This document shows positions 14,844 through 23,388 of a stretch of 39,932 nucleotides of DNA, piece by piece. A program made the translations under genes and the position numbers. Each line of letters opens with the position of its first letter. The first letter of the stretch is position 1. The notes under the pieces are model-generated. The model saw nothing but the letters and a program-made list of their open reading frames with translations, did not search any database and was not told where the DNA came from. Source of the stretch: a virus (Duplodnaviria > Heunggongvirae > Uroviricota > Caudoviricetes); the IMG/VR virus record IMGVR_UViG_2859657292_000001. One strand, given 5' to 3'.

Positions 14844-15110
14844 ATGACGTTGACCGACAAACAAAAAGACATCATCAAAACCATCAATTTAGGCCATGAG
14901 CGTGGGCATCTGCTCGATCTGGACGAGCTGCTTGAAGTGCTGCCGTACAAAACGACCAAACAGAGTATGCAGTTCTCTATCCGCGCACTGGTAAAAAAGG
15001 GGCTGGTGGAGAAAGGAATGTGCCGCCAGCGCGGTGATTCCGGCTACCACCGTCGCACGCTGGGACTGACCACGTTAGGTCGTGCCAGAGCCAAATTACT
15101 GGTGATGTAA
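14844..15110 (+). CDS. Winged-helix DNA-binding protein (88 aa)
   Basis: LTDKQKDII...SMQFSIRALVKKGLVEK...LGLTTLGR, a wHTH pattern. Confidence 0.65.
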   Translation: MTLTDKQKDIIKTINLGHERGHLLDLDELLEVLPYKTTKQSMQFSIRALVKKGLVEKGMCRQRGDSGYHRRTLGLTTLGRARAKLLVM

Positions 15111-15135
15111 GTCGGTCTGGGAGCCAGTTTGAGAG

Positions 15136-15192
15136 CCTGCTTCCGTATATATATAAATACTAAGTGACTTATTAAATATATACGGAAGCAGG
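15136..15192. repeat. 57-bp inverted repeat with perfect 17-bp arms (CCTGCTTCCGTATATAT) and a nested TAAGT-G-ACTTA
   Basis: Arms at 15136-15152 and 15176-15192 pair exactly; located upstream of terS. Confidence 0.85.
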
Positions 15193-15229
15193 TTCTGAAT
15201 ACTCCCCAGCCCGGTTTTAAACACCCAGA

Positions 15230-15267
15230 AAACAAATTGGTTAGGCACAGAATTAAACAAGTTGTTT
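15230..15267. promoter_or_regulatory. Two motif A sites (AAACAAATTGGTT 15230-15242; AAACAAGTTGTTT 15255-15267) upstream of the terminase genes
   Basis: One perfect copy and one single-mismatch copy. Confidence 0.6.
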
Positions 15268-15307
15268 AGGAGCGAAAGGATGCGCTCTGAGTGTTTTAGA
15301 GGGATCT

Positions 15308-15949
15308 ATGACTGTAGAAAAAGACGAGAGCAAAACTCGCCTGACACCAGCTGAGTGGGCAGAAGCCGAAGCGAAGTGGACTTCCGGCGAATACACACTC
15401 TCCAAGCTGGAGGAGGAGTACGGCATTCGTCGTGAAACGCTCTCCAGACATTTCAAAAAGCGTGGATTAGAGAAAGGCGCGGACTCCGTTGGGAAGATGG
15501 TGCGCGAGTCGCTCAAATCCGACGCAGAGCTGCGTGCGAAGGCGCGCGCAGAGAAAATCGAAGAGCGCCGGACTCGTTACGACGATTGGGCATTCGCACT
15601 CGGTCGGATGGTGATGCATGAGGTGGCCACAGCCAAGAAGGACGGCAAGCCACTCGCAACCATCGAAGATGACCTGAAGAGTCTCCAGCGTGCCAGCGGC
15701 ACACTCGCTAAGTGCTTCGAAATATCCTCGAAAGCGCTCGGTATGGATCGCGCTGAGAACGAAGAAGACGAAATCCCGAACCTGGTATTTGGCGAACTTA
15801 CGCCTTCCCAGGTGGCGCAGCTGCGTAAGGAAGATGATGAGCCGGATCTGATTGATGACGATCTGCTTGAGTCACTCGAAGAGGAAGCACTGAGCGAAGC
15901 AGAGGGCGATTCTGACGCGTCTGGTGATGAAAGTGATGGGAGCGTCTAA
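15308..15949 (+). CDS. Terminase small subunit (probable)
   Basis: N-terminal HTH (TLSKLEEEYGIRRETLSRH), helical middle, acidic tail; directly before terL. Confidence 0.75.
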   Translation: MTVEKDESKTRLTPAEWAEAEAKWTSGEYTLSKLEEEYGIRRETLSRHFKKRGLEKGADSVGKMVRESLKSDAELRAKARAEKIEERRTRYDDWAFALGRMVMHEVATAKKDGKPLATIEDDLKSLQRASGTLAKCFEISSKALGMDRAENEEDEIPNLVFGELTPSQVAQLRKEDDEPDLIDDDLLESLEEEALSEAEGDSDASGDESDGSV

Positions 15950-15951
15950 CT

Positions 15952-17208
15952 ATGGCCATCCCGTCATCTCTGAGTCTCGTACAGCTGCATTCTGGGCAGA
16001 TGCAAGTCTTCCAGTCGCCACATCGTTTCAAAGTGGTGTGTGCGGGTCGACGCTGGGGTAAATCCCGGTTGTCGATCTCCACCATCATCCGCGCGGCAGC
16101 CAAAGAGAAGAAGCAACGTGTCTGGTACGTCGCACCGACTTACCAGATGGCTCGCCAAATCTTGTGGGATGACCTGCAGGAAGTTCTGCCGCGCAAATGG
16201 GTTCGTAAGAAAAACGACACCACGATGACCATCGTGCTGAAGAACGGCTCTGAAATCGCGCTGAAAGGTGCGGATAAGCCCGATACGCTTCGTGGTGTGG
16301 CACTGCACTTTGTGGTGCTCGATGAATTTCAGGATATGAAGCCGGACACCTGGTACAAGGTACTGCGTCCGACACTGTCCTCTACCCGTGGCGGTGCGCT
16401 GATCATCGGTACGCCAAAAGGCTTCTCCGAGTTCCATAAGCTGTGGACTATCGGTCAGAACAAAGATTTGCAACGCAAAGGGCAGTGGAAGAGCTGGCAG
16501 TTCGTTACGGCTGATTCTCCGTTCGTTCCGAGCGCGGAAATCGAAGCGGCGAAGAACGACATGGACCCTAAATCGTTCGCACAGGAATACCTGGCCAGCT
16601 TCGAAAACATGTCCGGACGCGTTTACTACCCGTTCGACCGCAATGTGCATGTGAAGCCACTCCAGTTCAATCCGAAACTGCCGATCTGGGTTGGTCAGGA
16701 CTTCAACATCGACCCTATGTCATCGGTCATCCTGCAGCCGCAGCCAAATGGTGAGTTGTGGGCCGTAGACGAGGTTGTGCTGTTCTCTTCCAACACGGCT
16801 GAAGTGTGTGATGAGCTGGAGCGTCGTTTCTGGCGCTGGAAGTCTCAGGTCACTATCTTCCCTGACCCGGCAGGTGCGTATCGCCAGCACGCACGCGGTG
16901 AATCGGACGTCGATATCTTCAAGGAAAAAGGTTTCCTTCGAGTCGATTATCCGAAGAAGCACCCGCCGATCGCAGACCGTGTTAACGCAGTGAACCGCAT
17001 GTTGATGAGTGCCTCGGGCGAAACCCGGTTGTACATCGATCCGAAGTGCAAACACCTCATCGACTCGCTGGAGAAGGTGATCTACAAGCCAGGCTCACGC
17101 GATATGGATAAGACTGGCGGCATCGAACACAGTGCGGATGCGTTGGGTTATCCGGTTCATCGTAGGTATCCGGTGAAAAATCGTGTTATTCTTGGTGGAT
17201 CTAGATAG
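15952..17208 (+). CDS. terL: Terminase large subunit
   Basis: Walker A AGRRWGKS, Walker B VVLDEF, coupling motif GTP, RNase H-like nuclease GQDFNIDP...HSADALGY. Confidence 0.95.
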   Translation: MAIPSSLSLVQLHSGQMQVFQSPHRFKVVCAGRRWGKSRLSISTIIRAAAKEKKQRVWYVAPTYQMARQILWDDLQEVLPRKWVRKKNDTTMTIVLKNGSEIALKGADKPDTLRGVALHFVVLDEFQDMKPDTWYKVLRPTLSSTRGGALIIGTPKGFSEFHKLWTIGQNKDLQRKGQWKSWQFVTADSPFVPSAEIEAAKNDMDPKSFAQEYLASFENMSGRVYYPFDRNVHVKPLQFNPKLPIWVGQDFNIDPMSSVILQPQPNGELWAVDEVVLFSSNTAEVCDELERRFWRWKSQVTIFPDPAGAYRQHARGESDVDIFKEKGFLRVDYPKKHPPIADRVNAVNRMLMSASGETRLYIDPKCKHLIDSLEKVIYKPGSRDMDKTGGIEHSADALGYPVHRRYPVKNRVILGGSR

Positions 17209-17223
17209 GTAAGTACCTACCTA
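17206..17223. promoter_or_regulatory. Motif B TAGGTAAGTACCTACCTA upstream of the portal gene
   Basis: 18-bp near-perfect palindrome. Confidence 0.6.
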
Positions 17224-17241
17224 AGCGGAAAGGAAAAGCAA

Positions 17242-18816
17242 ATGGAATTGACTGACAAGCAAATCAAAGACCTTGTGGCACGACGCCACCCTGAATATGA
17301 GAAGAAAAAAGAACATTGGGACTTCCTCGCCAGCACCTACGCTGGCGGGCGTGCCTGGTTCAACGACAATATCTTCCGTTACTTCAAAGAGGGTGATCAG
17401 GAGTTCAAAGAGCGCCTGGAACGCGCTTATCGCTTCAACCACACTCGTGAAGTGGTAAACCTCATCAACAAATACCTCTTCAAAGAGGTCATTCACCGCA
17501 ACGTTGATGAAGCACCGGAGCAGATCCGCAATTTCTGGAAGCGAGCCACACGCCAGAACACCTCCATCGATGCGTTTATGGCGGCTATCGATCTGCAATC
17601 ATCCATTTATGGCCGTATCTGGGTTGTCGTGGACAGCACCATGAACGTCGATGTTGAGTCTGTTGCAGACGAGAAGAAAAATGATGCGCGTGCCTACGCT
17701 TACTGGATTTCGCCGCAGCAGCTGCTTGATGTTGCTTGGGATGAAGACGGCAATATGTTGTGGGCGCTGATTGTTGAAATCGCGCGCGACGACGAAGATC
17801 CGTTCACTTCAACCGGGCAGGAATACCAGCGTTATCGTCTGTGGACGCAAAACGAGTGGTATCTCTTCCGTGAAGAAGTGAAGAAAGGTTCCGGAAATAG
17901 CGGTCGTCGTCAGGCCAAAGTCGTTCTGGAGGATAGCGGCCAGCACAATCTGGGCGTGGTGCCGGTGTTTCCGGTGGACTGCATTGGCGAAAGCGAGTCT
18001 CCGTATTTCAGCCCGTCGTTGATTGACGATATCGCCTATCTTGACCGCGCCGTGGCCAACTACCTGTCGAACCTTGACGCGATTATTCAGGATCAGACAT
18101 TCAGCCAGCTGGCGATCCCGGTTCAGTCACTGCTGCCGGGCGATGAAAACCACACCAAAGTGCTCGAAATGGGGACAAAACGCGTCTTCACCTTCGACTC
18201 TGAGAGCGGTAATCAGCCATTCTACCTGTCTCCAGACCCGAAACAGGCTCAGATGATCATCACCACGATTAAGACGGTGATTAACGAGATCTACCATTCC
18301 GTTGGTGTGGCAGGTGAGCGAACCAAGCAGGATAACGCACAGGGCATCGATAACTCTTCGGGCGCAGCGAAGATGTACGACTTCCAGCGCGTTAACAGTC
18401 TGCTGGTGACAAAAGCAGAGCGCCTCGAAAGGGCAGAGCGCCAGATGATGCAGCTGGCAGCGAAATGGATGGGTGTCGAACTGGATGAAGACCACTCTCT
18501 GATCGCGTACCCGGAAAGTTTCGACATTCGCGGTCTGACTGACGAATTTGCCGTTGCTGAGAAACTGTCTCTGCTCCAGGCGCCTGATTCTGTTCGTCGT
18601 CATCAGATGGAAATGCTCATCGAGAAGGTCTTCCCGAACATTTCCGAGGCGATGCAAAAGGAATTTCAAAAAGATCTCTTGAAATTTCCTCCAAAAAATG
18701 ATCTTAATACCCTTGAAAATAAGTCAGTACTTACCTATGATCGAGATGCAGCCCAAGAAAGCGGGCAAGATCAACCCCGAGGGAATGGGGACTCATCTAC
18801 TCAAGAGACCGAGTGA
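17242..18816 (+). CDS. Portal protein
   Basis: Position after terL, 524 aa, SPP1-like helical portal character. Confidence 0.85.
   Translation: MELTDKQIKDLVARRHPEYEKKKEHWDFLASTYAGGRAWFNDNIFRYFKEGDQEFKERLERAYRFNHTREVVNLINKYLFKEVIHRNVDEAPEQIRNFWKRATRQNTSIDAFMAAIDLQSSIYGRIWVVVDSTMNVDVESVADEKKNDARAYAYWISPQQLLDVAWDEDGNMLWALIVEIARDDEDPFTSTGQEYQRYRLWTQNEWYLFREEVKKGSGNSGRRQAKVVLEDSGQHNLGVVPVFPVDCIGESESPYFSPSLIDDIAYLDRAVANYLSNLDAIIQDQTFSQLAIPVQSLLPGDENHTKVLEMGTKRVFTFDSESGNQPFYLSPDPKQAQMIITTIKTVINEIYHSVGVAGERTKQDNAQGIDNSSGAAKMYDFQRVNSLLVTKAERLERAERQMMQLAAKWMGVELDEDHSLIAYPESFDIRGLTDEFAVAEKLSLLQAPDSVRRHQMEMLIEKVFPNISEAMQKEFQKDLLKFPPKNDLNTLENKSVLTYDRDAAQESGQDQPRGNGDSSTQETE
18720..18737. promoter_or_regulatory. 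Motif B TAAGTCAGTACTTACCTA inside the portal 3' end, upstream of the scaffold gene
   Basis: Matches the motif B family and lies in a locally AT-rich patch of the CDS. Confidence 0.55.
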
Positions 18817-18838
18817 TAAGTAACGAAAAGGAATTTCT

Positions 18839-19735
18839 ATGAATCTGTGGCAAATGCTTATGGCCAATGGTGGCCTGATGGATGTAGCTGAAGCGCATGA
18901 GCGCGGAGGTGCTGGTGGCGGTGCTCCTGCTGGAGACAATGAGCAGGGCAATCAAGACCCAGGCAAACAGGGCGAGCAAAAAGAGCAACCGAAGGGTGAC
19001 GACGACGAGTATGCCGGTATGACTCAGGAAGAGTTGCTGGCAGAACTGCGTAAGTCCAAGAAAGCCGGTGCTGACCTGCTGAAAGAGAACATGAAGCGCA
19101 AGGAGAAAGAGCGCACATTGGCCGATCAGCTGGCTCAGTACGGTGATATTGACCCGGCGCGTGCTCGCCAGCTTCTCGAAGCTGAACAAGCCGCAGAAAC
19201 CGCACGTAGGGAGGCGGAGCAGGCTGAACTGGAACGCCGTGGTGAGTTCGATGCTGTGAAAAAGCAGATGATCGAAGCGCACCAGGCTGAACTGGCACAG
19301 CGCGACGAACGCTACTCCACTCTGGAGAGCGAGAACGCCGCACTGAAGGCTCAACTGGTCGAAATGACTGTTGGCGCTTCCTTCAGCGGCTCTGCCTTCC
19401 TGCGTGACAAAGTTCTGATGACTCCGGCTAAGGCTCGCGTTATCTACGGCTCTCATTTCGAAGTGGGTGAAGACGGTAGTGTTGTGGGCTTTGATAAGCC
19501 AGCCGGTCAGAAAGAACGTGCAGTTCTGGTTGACGGTGAAGGCAAACCGTTACCGTTCGAATCCGCGATTGAGCGCATTCTGCGTGCAGATCCGGAAGCT
19601 GACGCACTGTTGCGCAGCGAAGCCAAGCAGGGTGCTGGTTCCAATAGCAAACCGACCCACAAAGTAAACCAGCCGAAGAGCAAGTCGACTATGGATAAGT
19701 TGACCTCCGGTCTGGGGAAAATCGGACTCAAGTAA
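18839..19735 (+). CDS. Capsid scaffolding protein (probable)
   Basis: Gly/acidic N-terminus, long coiled coil, positioned between portal and major capsid genes. Confidence 0.75.
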   Translation: MNLWQMLMANGGLMDVAEAHERGGAGGGAPAGDNEQGNQDPGKQGEQKEQPKGDDDEYAGMTQEELLAELRKSKKAGADLLKENMKRKEKERTLADQLAQYGDIDPARARQLLEAEQAAETARREAEQAELERRGEFDAVKKQMIEAHQAELAQRDERYSTLESENAALKAQLVEMTVGASFSGSAFLRDKVLMTPAKARVIYGSHFEVGEDGSVVGFDKPAGQKERAVLVDGEGKPLPFESAIERILRADPEADALLRSEAKQGAGSNSKPTHKVNQPKSKSTMDKLTSGLGKIGLK

Positions 19736-19761
19736 CATCTTAAATCATAGGGAAATGAAAG

Positions 19762-20637
19762 ATGCCATTACTGCGTGATGAAGCTGAAAAGCTGTCTAAC
19801 AACGAACTTGAGCAGGGTGTGATCGAGACCATCATCGATCGCGATGACCTGTTCGCTGTTCTGCCTTTCATGAAGATTAATTCTAAGGCATACCTCTACA
19901 ACCGCGAAGCTACCCTGAGCGAAGCAACCTTCATCGATGTGAACGACACCATCACCGAAGGCGCTGCAACCTTCACCGAACATGTTGCGAAGCTGCGTAT
20001 CCTGGCAGGCGACGTAGACGTCGACAAATTCCTGGCGACCACTATGTCCGACACCAACAACCAGCTGGCAATCCAGGTTCGTCAGAAGGTGAAAGGTCTG
20101 GCTCGCGCATTCCGCCGCAACCTGATTCTGGGCGACTCCAGCACCAACAACAAAGCGTTCGACGGTATTCCGAAGCTGATGCACGACGATCAGAAGATCG
20201 ACATCGAAGGCGCTTCCATGACCTTCTCCATGTTCGACGAGCTGGTCGACGCGGTGAAAGATCTGGGCGCAGACTGCATCATGATGCGTTCCGAGCACCT
20301 GCGTGCTTACCGCGCTCTGCTGCGTACCGTTAGCCTCGGCCCGTCCGAAATCATGATGGAAAACTTCGGCCGTCCGATGCTGTGCCACAACGGTGTACCG
20401 TTCATCGTGAACGACTTCATCCCGACTGACGCGGGCAAAGCAAGCATCTACTGCCTGCACCTGTCCGAAGAGAACGGTGTGACTGGTCTGTATGGCGGTG
20501 AAAACGCCGGTATCGTTGTTGAGAACATCGGTACTGTTCAGAACAAAGACGCAACCCGTACCCGCGTTAAGTGGTACTGCTCTCTGGCGAACAAGCACGA
20601 CAAGGCTATCGCCGCGCTGACCAACGTAAAAATTTGA
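19762..20637 (+). CDS. Major capsid protein (HK97 fold)
   Basis: Position, strongly biased codon usage, and the pattern LFAVLPF..I...AY.YNRE...FDGI.KL; terminator follows. Confidence 0.9.
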   Translation: MPLLRDEAEKLSNNELEQGVIETIIDRDDLFAVLPFMKINSKAYLYNREATLSEATFIDVNDTITEGAATFTEHVAKLRILAGDVDVDKFLATTMSDTNNQLAIQVRQKVKGLARAFRRNLILGDSSTNNKAFDGIPKLMHDDQKIDIEGASMTFSMFDELVDAVKDLGADCIMMRSEHLRAYRALLRTVSLGPSEIMMENFGRPMLCHNGVPFIVNDFIPTDAGKASIYCLHLSEENGVTGLYGGENAGIVVENIGTVQNKDATRTRVKWYCSLANKHDKAIAALTNVKI

Positions 20638-20646
20638 TCAGTATGG

Positions 20647-20664
20647 TAGGTAAGTAATTATCTA
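20647..20664. promoter_or_regulatory. Motif B TAGGTAAGTAATTATCTA
   Basis: Palindrome extends to ATGG...CCAT; lies between the capsid gene and the Ig-like gene. Confidence 0.55.
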
Positions 20665-20670
20665 CCATTT

Positions 20671-20698
20671 AGGGGTGGGCTATACGCCCACCCTTTTT
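20671..20698 (+). terminator. Intrinsic terminator GGGTGGGC-TATAC-GCCCACCC-TTTTT
   Basis: 8-bp GC stem plus U-tract after the major capsid gene. Confidence 0.8.
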
Positions 20699-20711
20699 GT
20701 AGGAGCGAGAA

Positions 20712-21635
20712 ATGCCAGAACAAAAGATGAAGATCACGGAAGAGGCGTTTGCGGATTTCACGGGGCATATGTGCCGTGCCGGATTCACCAATTCCATCTC
20801 CAACGAGCCTCTGAGCGAGCGCCAGCAGAACCATCTTGCGGCTTGCTTCCGGGCAATTCCGTTCACTCAGTCTGTCACCATTACACCGGCTGCGCCGTCC
20901 GTATTGGCGGGTAAAACCGTTCAACTTAGTGCAGGTATCACCATGAGCAAAAGCGCAGATTCATTCACCTGGACGTCGGCCAATGACCAGGTCGCCACAG
21001 TCAGCGGTACGGGTCTGGTTACTGGCGTGACTCCGGGAAAAGTGAAGATCACCGCCACCGGTAAGCAGACTCAGCTTTCTGCGTCAGTCGAAGTGACCGT
21101 TAAGCCTGTCAGCGTGGAGTCCGTTACGGTAACGCCAGACTCTACCTCTGTTGAGAAGGGGAAATCGGTCAAGTTGCGCGTTGATGTACAACCGTCAAAC
21201 GCAACCAATAAAAGAGTCACCTGGACTTCCAAAAATAGCGACAAAGCGACCGTTGACCAGAACGGTAACGTAGCTGGCGTAGCCGTTGGTACGGCAACCA
21301 TTGAAGTGGTTTCGCAGGATGGCAGCCATAAAGCTACTGCTACGGTTGACGTCACTGAGCCTGTCGTTGCTGTTACTGGCGTCTCTGTCGATCCGAGCAC
21401 CACTAGCGTTGAAGCCAACAAAACGGTACAGCTGACCGCGAAAAACGAACCGGCTGGCGCAACCAATAAGCGCGTAACCTGGGCGTCAAAAAATGCCGAG
21501 TTCGCGACGGTTGATAGCGCAACTGGACTTGTGACCGGTGTGGCTGCAGGTACTGCCACTATCGAAGTCACCACGGAAGACGGTAGCCACAAAGCCACTG
21601 CGACCGTTGAAGTGACCGCAGCACCGGCTGCGTAA
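20712..21635 (+). CDS. Virion decoration protein with three Ig-like (Big_2) domains
   Basis: Three repeats of V..V.V.P....V..GKTV.L...V.P..ATNK.VTW.S.....ATVD..G.V.GVA.G.ATI.V. Confidence 0.85.
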   Translation: MPEQKMKITEEAFADFTGHMCRAGFTNSISNEPLSERQQNHLAACFRAIPFTQSVTITPAAPSVLAGKTVQLSAGITMSKSADSFTWTSANDQVATVSGTGLVTGVTPGKVKITATGKQTQLSASVEVTVKPVSVESVTVTPDSTSVEKGKSVKLRVDVQPSNATNKRVTWTSKNSDKATVDQNGNVAGVAVGTATIEVVSQDGSHKATATVDVTEPVVAVTGVSVDPSTTSVEANKTVQLTAKNEPAGATNKRVTWASKNAEFATVDSATGLVTGVAAGTATIEVTTEDGSHKATATVEVTAAPAA

Positions 21636-21642
21636 CCAACAC

Positions 21643-21663
21643 ATGGGCGGCGATGCCGCCCAT
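21643..21663 (+). terminator. Hairpin ATGGGCGGC-GAT-GCCGCCCAT
   Basis: 9-bp stem after the Ig-like gene; weak U-tract. Confidence 0.55.
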
Positions 21664-21678
21664 TAAGTGAGAAGAAGA

Positions 21679-22113
21679 ATGAAACCAGCAAAAATTCGTT
21701 TATTGGAGCCTCAATTTTTGGGGTACACGGGCATTCTCTGCAGTATCCAGTTTGTCGACGGCATCTCGGTTGCCGAACTGCCATTCATCGATCAGCAGCG
21801 GATTTGTGCCTCCATGCGTGCCACTACCGTTGAAGGCAAAAATGTATCTCCTTCTGCCGCGTACAGCAGCCGCAATGATTTAACTGCGGACGACATTGTC
21901 GAGACGGCGGCCCCGGATATTGTGCCAATGAAACGTGGTACGGCTGAAGTGGAAGCCAAACCGGTACAGCGCTTTACTCGTGAAGAGCTGGAGTCGATTG
22001 CGGACTGTGAAGGTATTGCGGGTCTGCGTCAGATCGGCAACCAGATTGGCGTGAAAGCCAAAGGTATCGTTGAAATGATCGAAGGCATCCTGAAAGCACA
22101 GGGCGGTGAGTAA
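21679..22113 (+). CDS. Head-associated hypothetical protein with C-terminal small helical (HeH/Rho-N-like) domain
   Basis: ATG 21679. N-terminus resembles that of the preceding Ig protein; C-terminus LESIAD..GIAGLRQIG.QIGVKA. Confidence 0.6.
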   Translation: MKPAKIRLLEPQFLGYTGILCSIQFVDGISVAELPFIDQQRICASMRATTVEGKNVSPSAAYSSRNDLTADDIVETAAPDIVPMKRGTAEVEAKPVQRFTREELESIADCEGIAGLRQIGNQIGVKAKGIVEMIEGILKAQGGE

Positions 22114-22946
22114 TGGCGCAGATCGACACGTACCGTAGCGGGGAAGCAGTTTCCCTGTCGTTTGCATTTAACGTTCTGGATATTGAGTCGGCCACGTATA
22201 CCGTCAGAGATGGCGCAGGTGCGATCATCGTCGATAACGAACCTCTCGATATTACTGAGGGGCAGATGTCCATTCCGGTTGTCGTGTCGGCCGAACACAA
22301 CCTGCTTTCAGATAAAGAGCGCGATCTGCGACACGTCATTGTCAAAGCGGTGGCATCCGGGCTGACGCATGAAGAGCGCAAGATGTACGTTCTGCTGAAT
22401 AGCTTCGAGCTGTCAATTCCAGGCCAGTCATTCGCAACGGTCGCAGACGCCCAGATGCAAGCTATCGATATGCTGAACGGCGACACCCTGTTAGCTGATG
22501 GCGAAGGGCTGATGCGCAAACGTCTCATTGAGGCCACCAGACGCGTCAAAACGCTGCCGTTCTCAATCCGCAAAGTCCTGCGTATCGACTTCGACCGGTA
22601 CGATCGCCCGCAAAACATGCTGAACGTCTATGACATTCCGTGGGGCGCTGACGGGGCATATCGTCACGATCTGATCGATTGGGAGCAGATGACGCCTGAG
22701 AAATTCGACGAGTTCCCGGACTACTTCAAACAGGCATTAATGCTGGCCGTGGTTAATGAAGCCTGCGAAATCGCTAACGGCAATGACTTAGCGGCAGCCC
22801 GCGAGGACGGCATTCTGTCTGAGTCCATTGGTGAAACGACCAATATGTACCGCACCGGCAAAGCGGCAAATGTGCATGTGGCTCGCAGTACCTGGCGACT
22901 GCTGGTCAGTTACATCAATAACCGCATGATTGTTCGCCGTGCGTAA
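22113..22946 (+). CDS. Head-tail adaptor/connector protein (probable)
   Basis: Position; C-terminal GILSESIGE...Y adaptor-type motif. Confidence 0.65.
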   Translation: MAQIDTYRSGEAVSLSFAFNVLDIESATYTVRDGAGAIIVDNEPLDITEGQMSIPVVVSAEHNLLSDKERDLRHVIVKAVASGLTHEERKMYVLLNSFELSIPGQSFATVADAQMQAIDMLNGDTLLADGEGLMRKRLIEATRRVKTLPFSIRKVLRIDFDRYDRPQNMLNVYDIPWGADGAYRHDLIDWEQMTPEKFDEFPDYFKQALMLAVVNEACEIANGNDLAAAREDGILSESIGETTNMYRTGKAANVHVARSTWRLLVSYINNRMIVRRA

Positions 22947-23043
22947 CGCCAGTCGCATTATTTACTTCTGGTCGAAAGGCTCAAGACGAGCAATCGCGCC
23001 TTCGCCTGGTAATGAGTGCGGCTGCCAACCACAGGGAGAGTGC

Positions 23044-23388
23044 ATGAACATTTCATGGCAAGCAGAGATAGCGATTTACCGTCTGGGTTCGAAGAACGTC
23101 TACGGTGAAGCGCAATTGCAGTTCGTCAGGAAGACGAACGTCGGCGTCGTTAAGTTTGAGCAAAGTAACGAGAAGTCATCGGTACGTGCGGACAGCTCCG
23201 GCAGTCGCGGTAAAGCGAATCTGGAATTGTTCGATGCTGTTCTGGTGATCCCACTTGAGGCCGCAGTGCGGCTTGATGACGTTCTCATTCTGGAGGGGCA
23301 AAAGCTGAAGGTATCCAGCGTGCATCGTCGCTGGGGACTGCGTGGGCGCCCAGGGCATCTGGAAGTAGGGGCAAACATATGGGTCTGA
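23044..23388 (+). CDS. Head closure / head-tail joining protein (probable)
   Basis: ATG 23044 with AGGGAG RBS; beta-rich, ...DDVLILEGQKLKVSSV. Confidence 0.6.
   Translation: MNISWQAEIAIYRLGSKNVYGEAQLQFVRKTNVGVVKFEQSNEKSSVRADSSGSRGKANLELFDAVLVIPLEAAVRLDDVLILEGQKLKVSSVHRRWGLRGRPGHLEVGANIWV

Noticed and set aside
15280-15354. 24-codon upstream ORF with AGGAG/AAGG RBS overlapping the terS start
   Set aside because: It could couple or attenuate terS translation, but it is too short to support from sequence alone.
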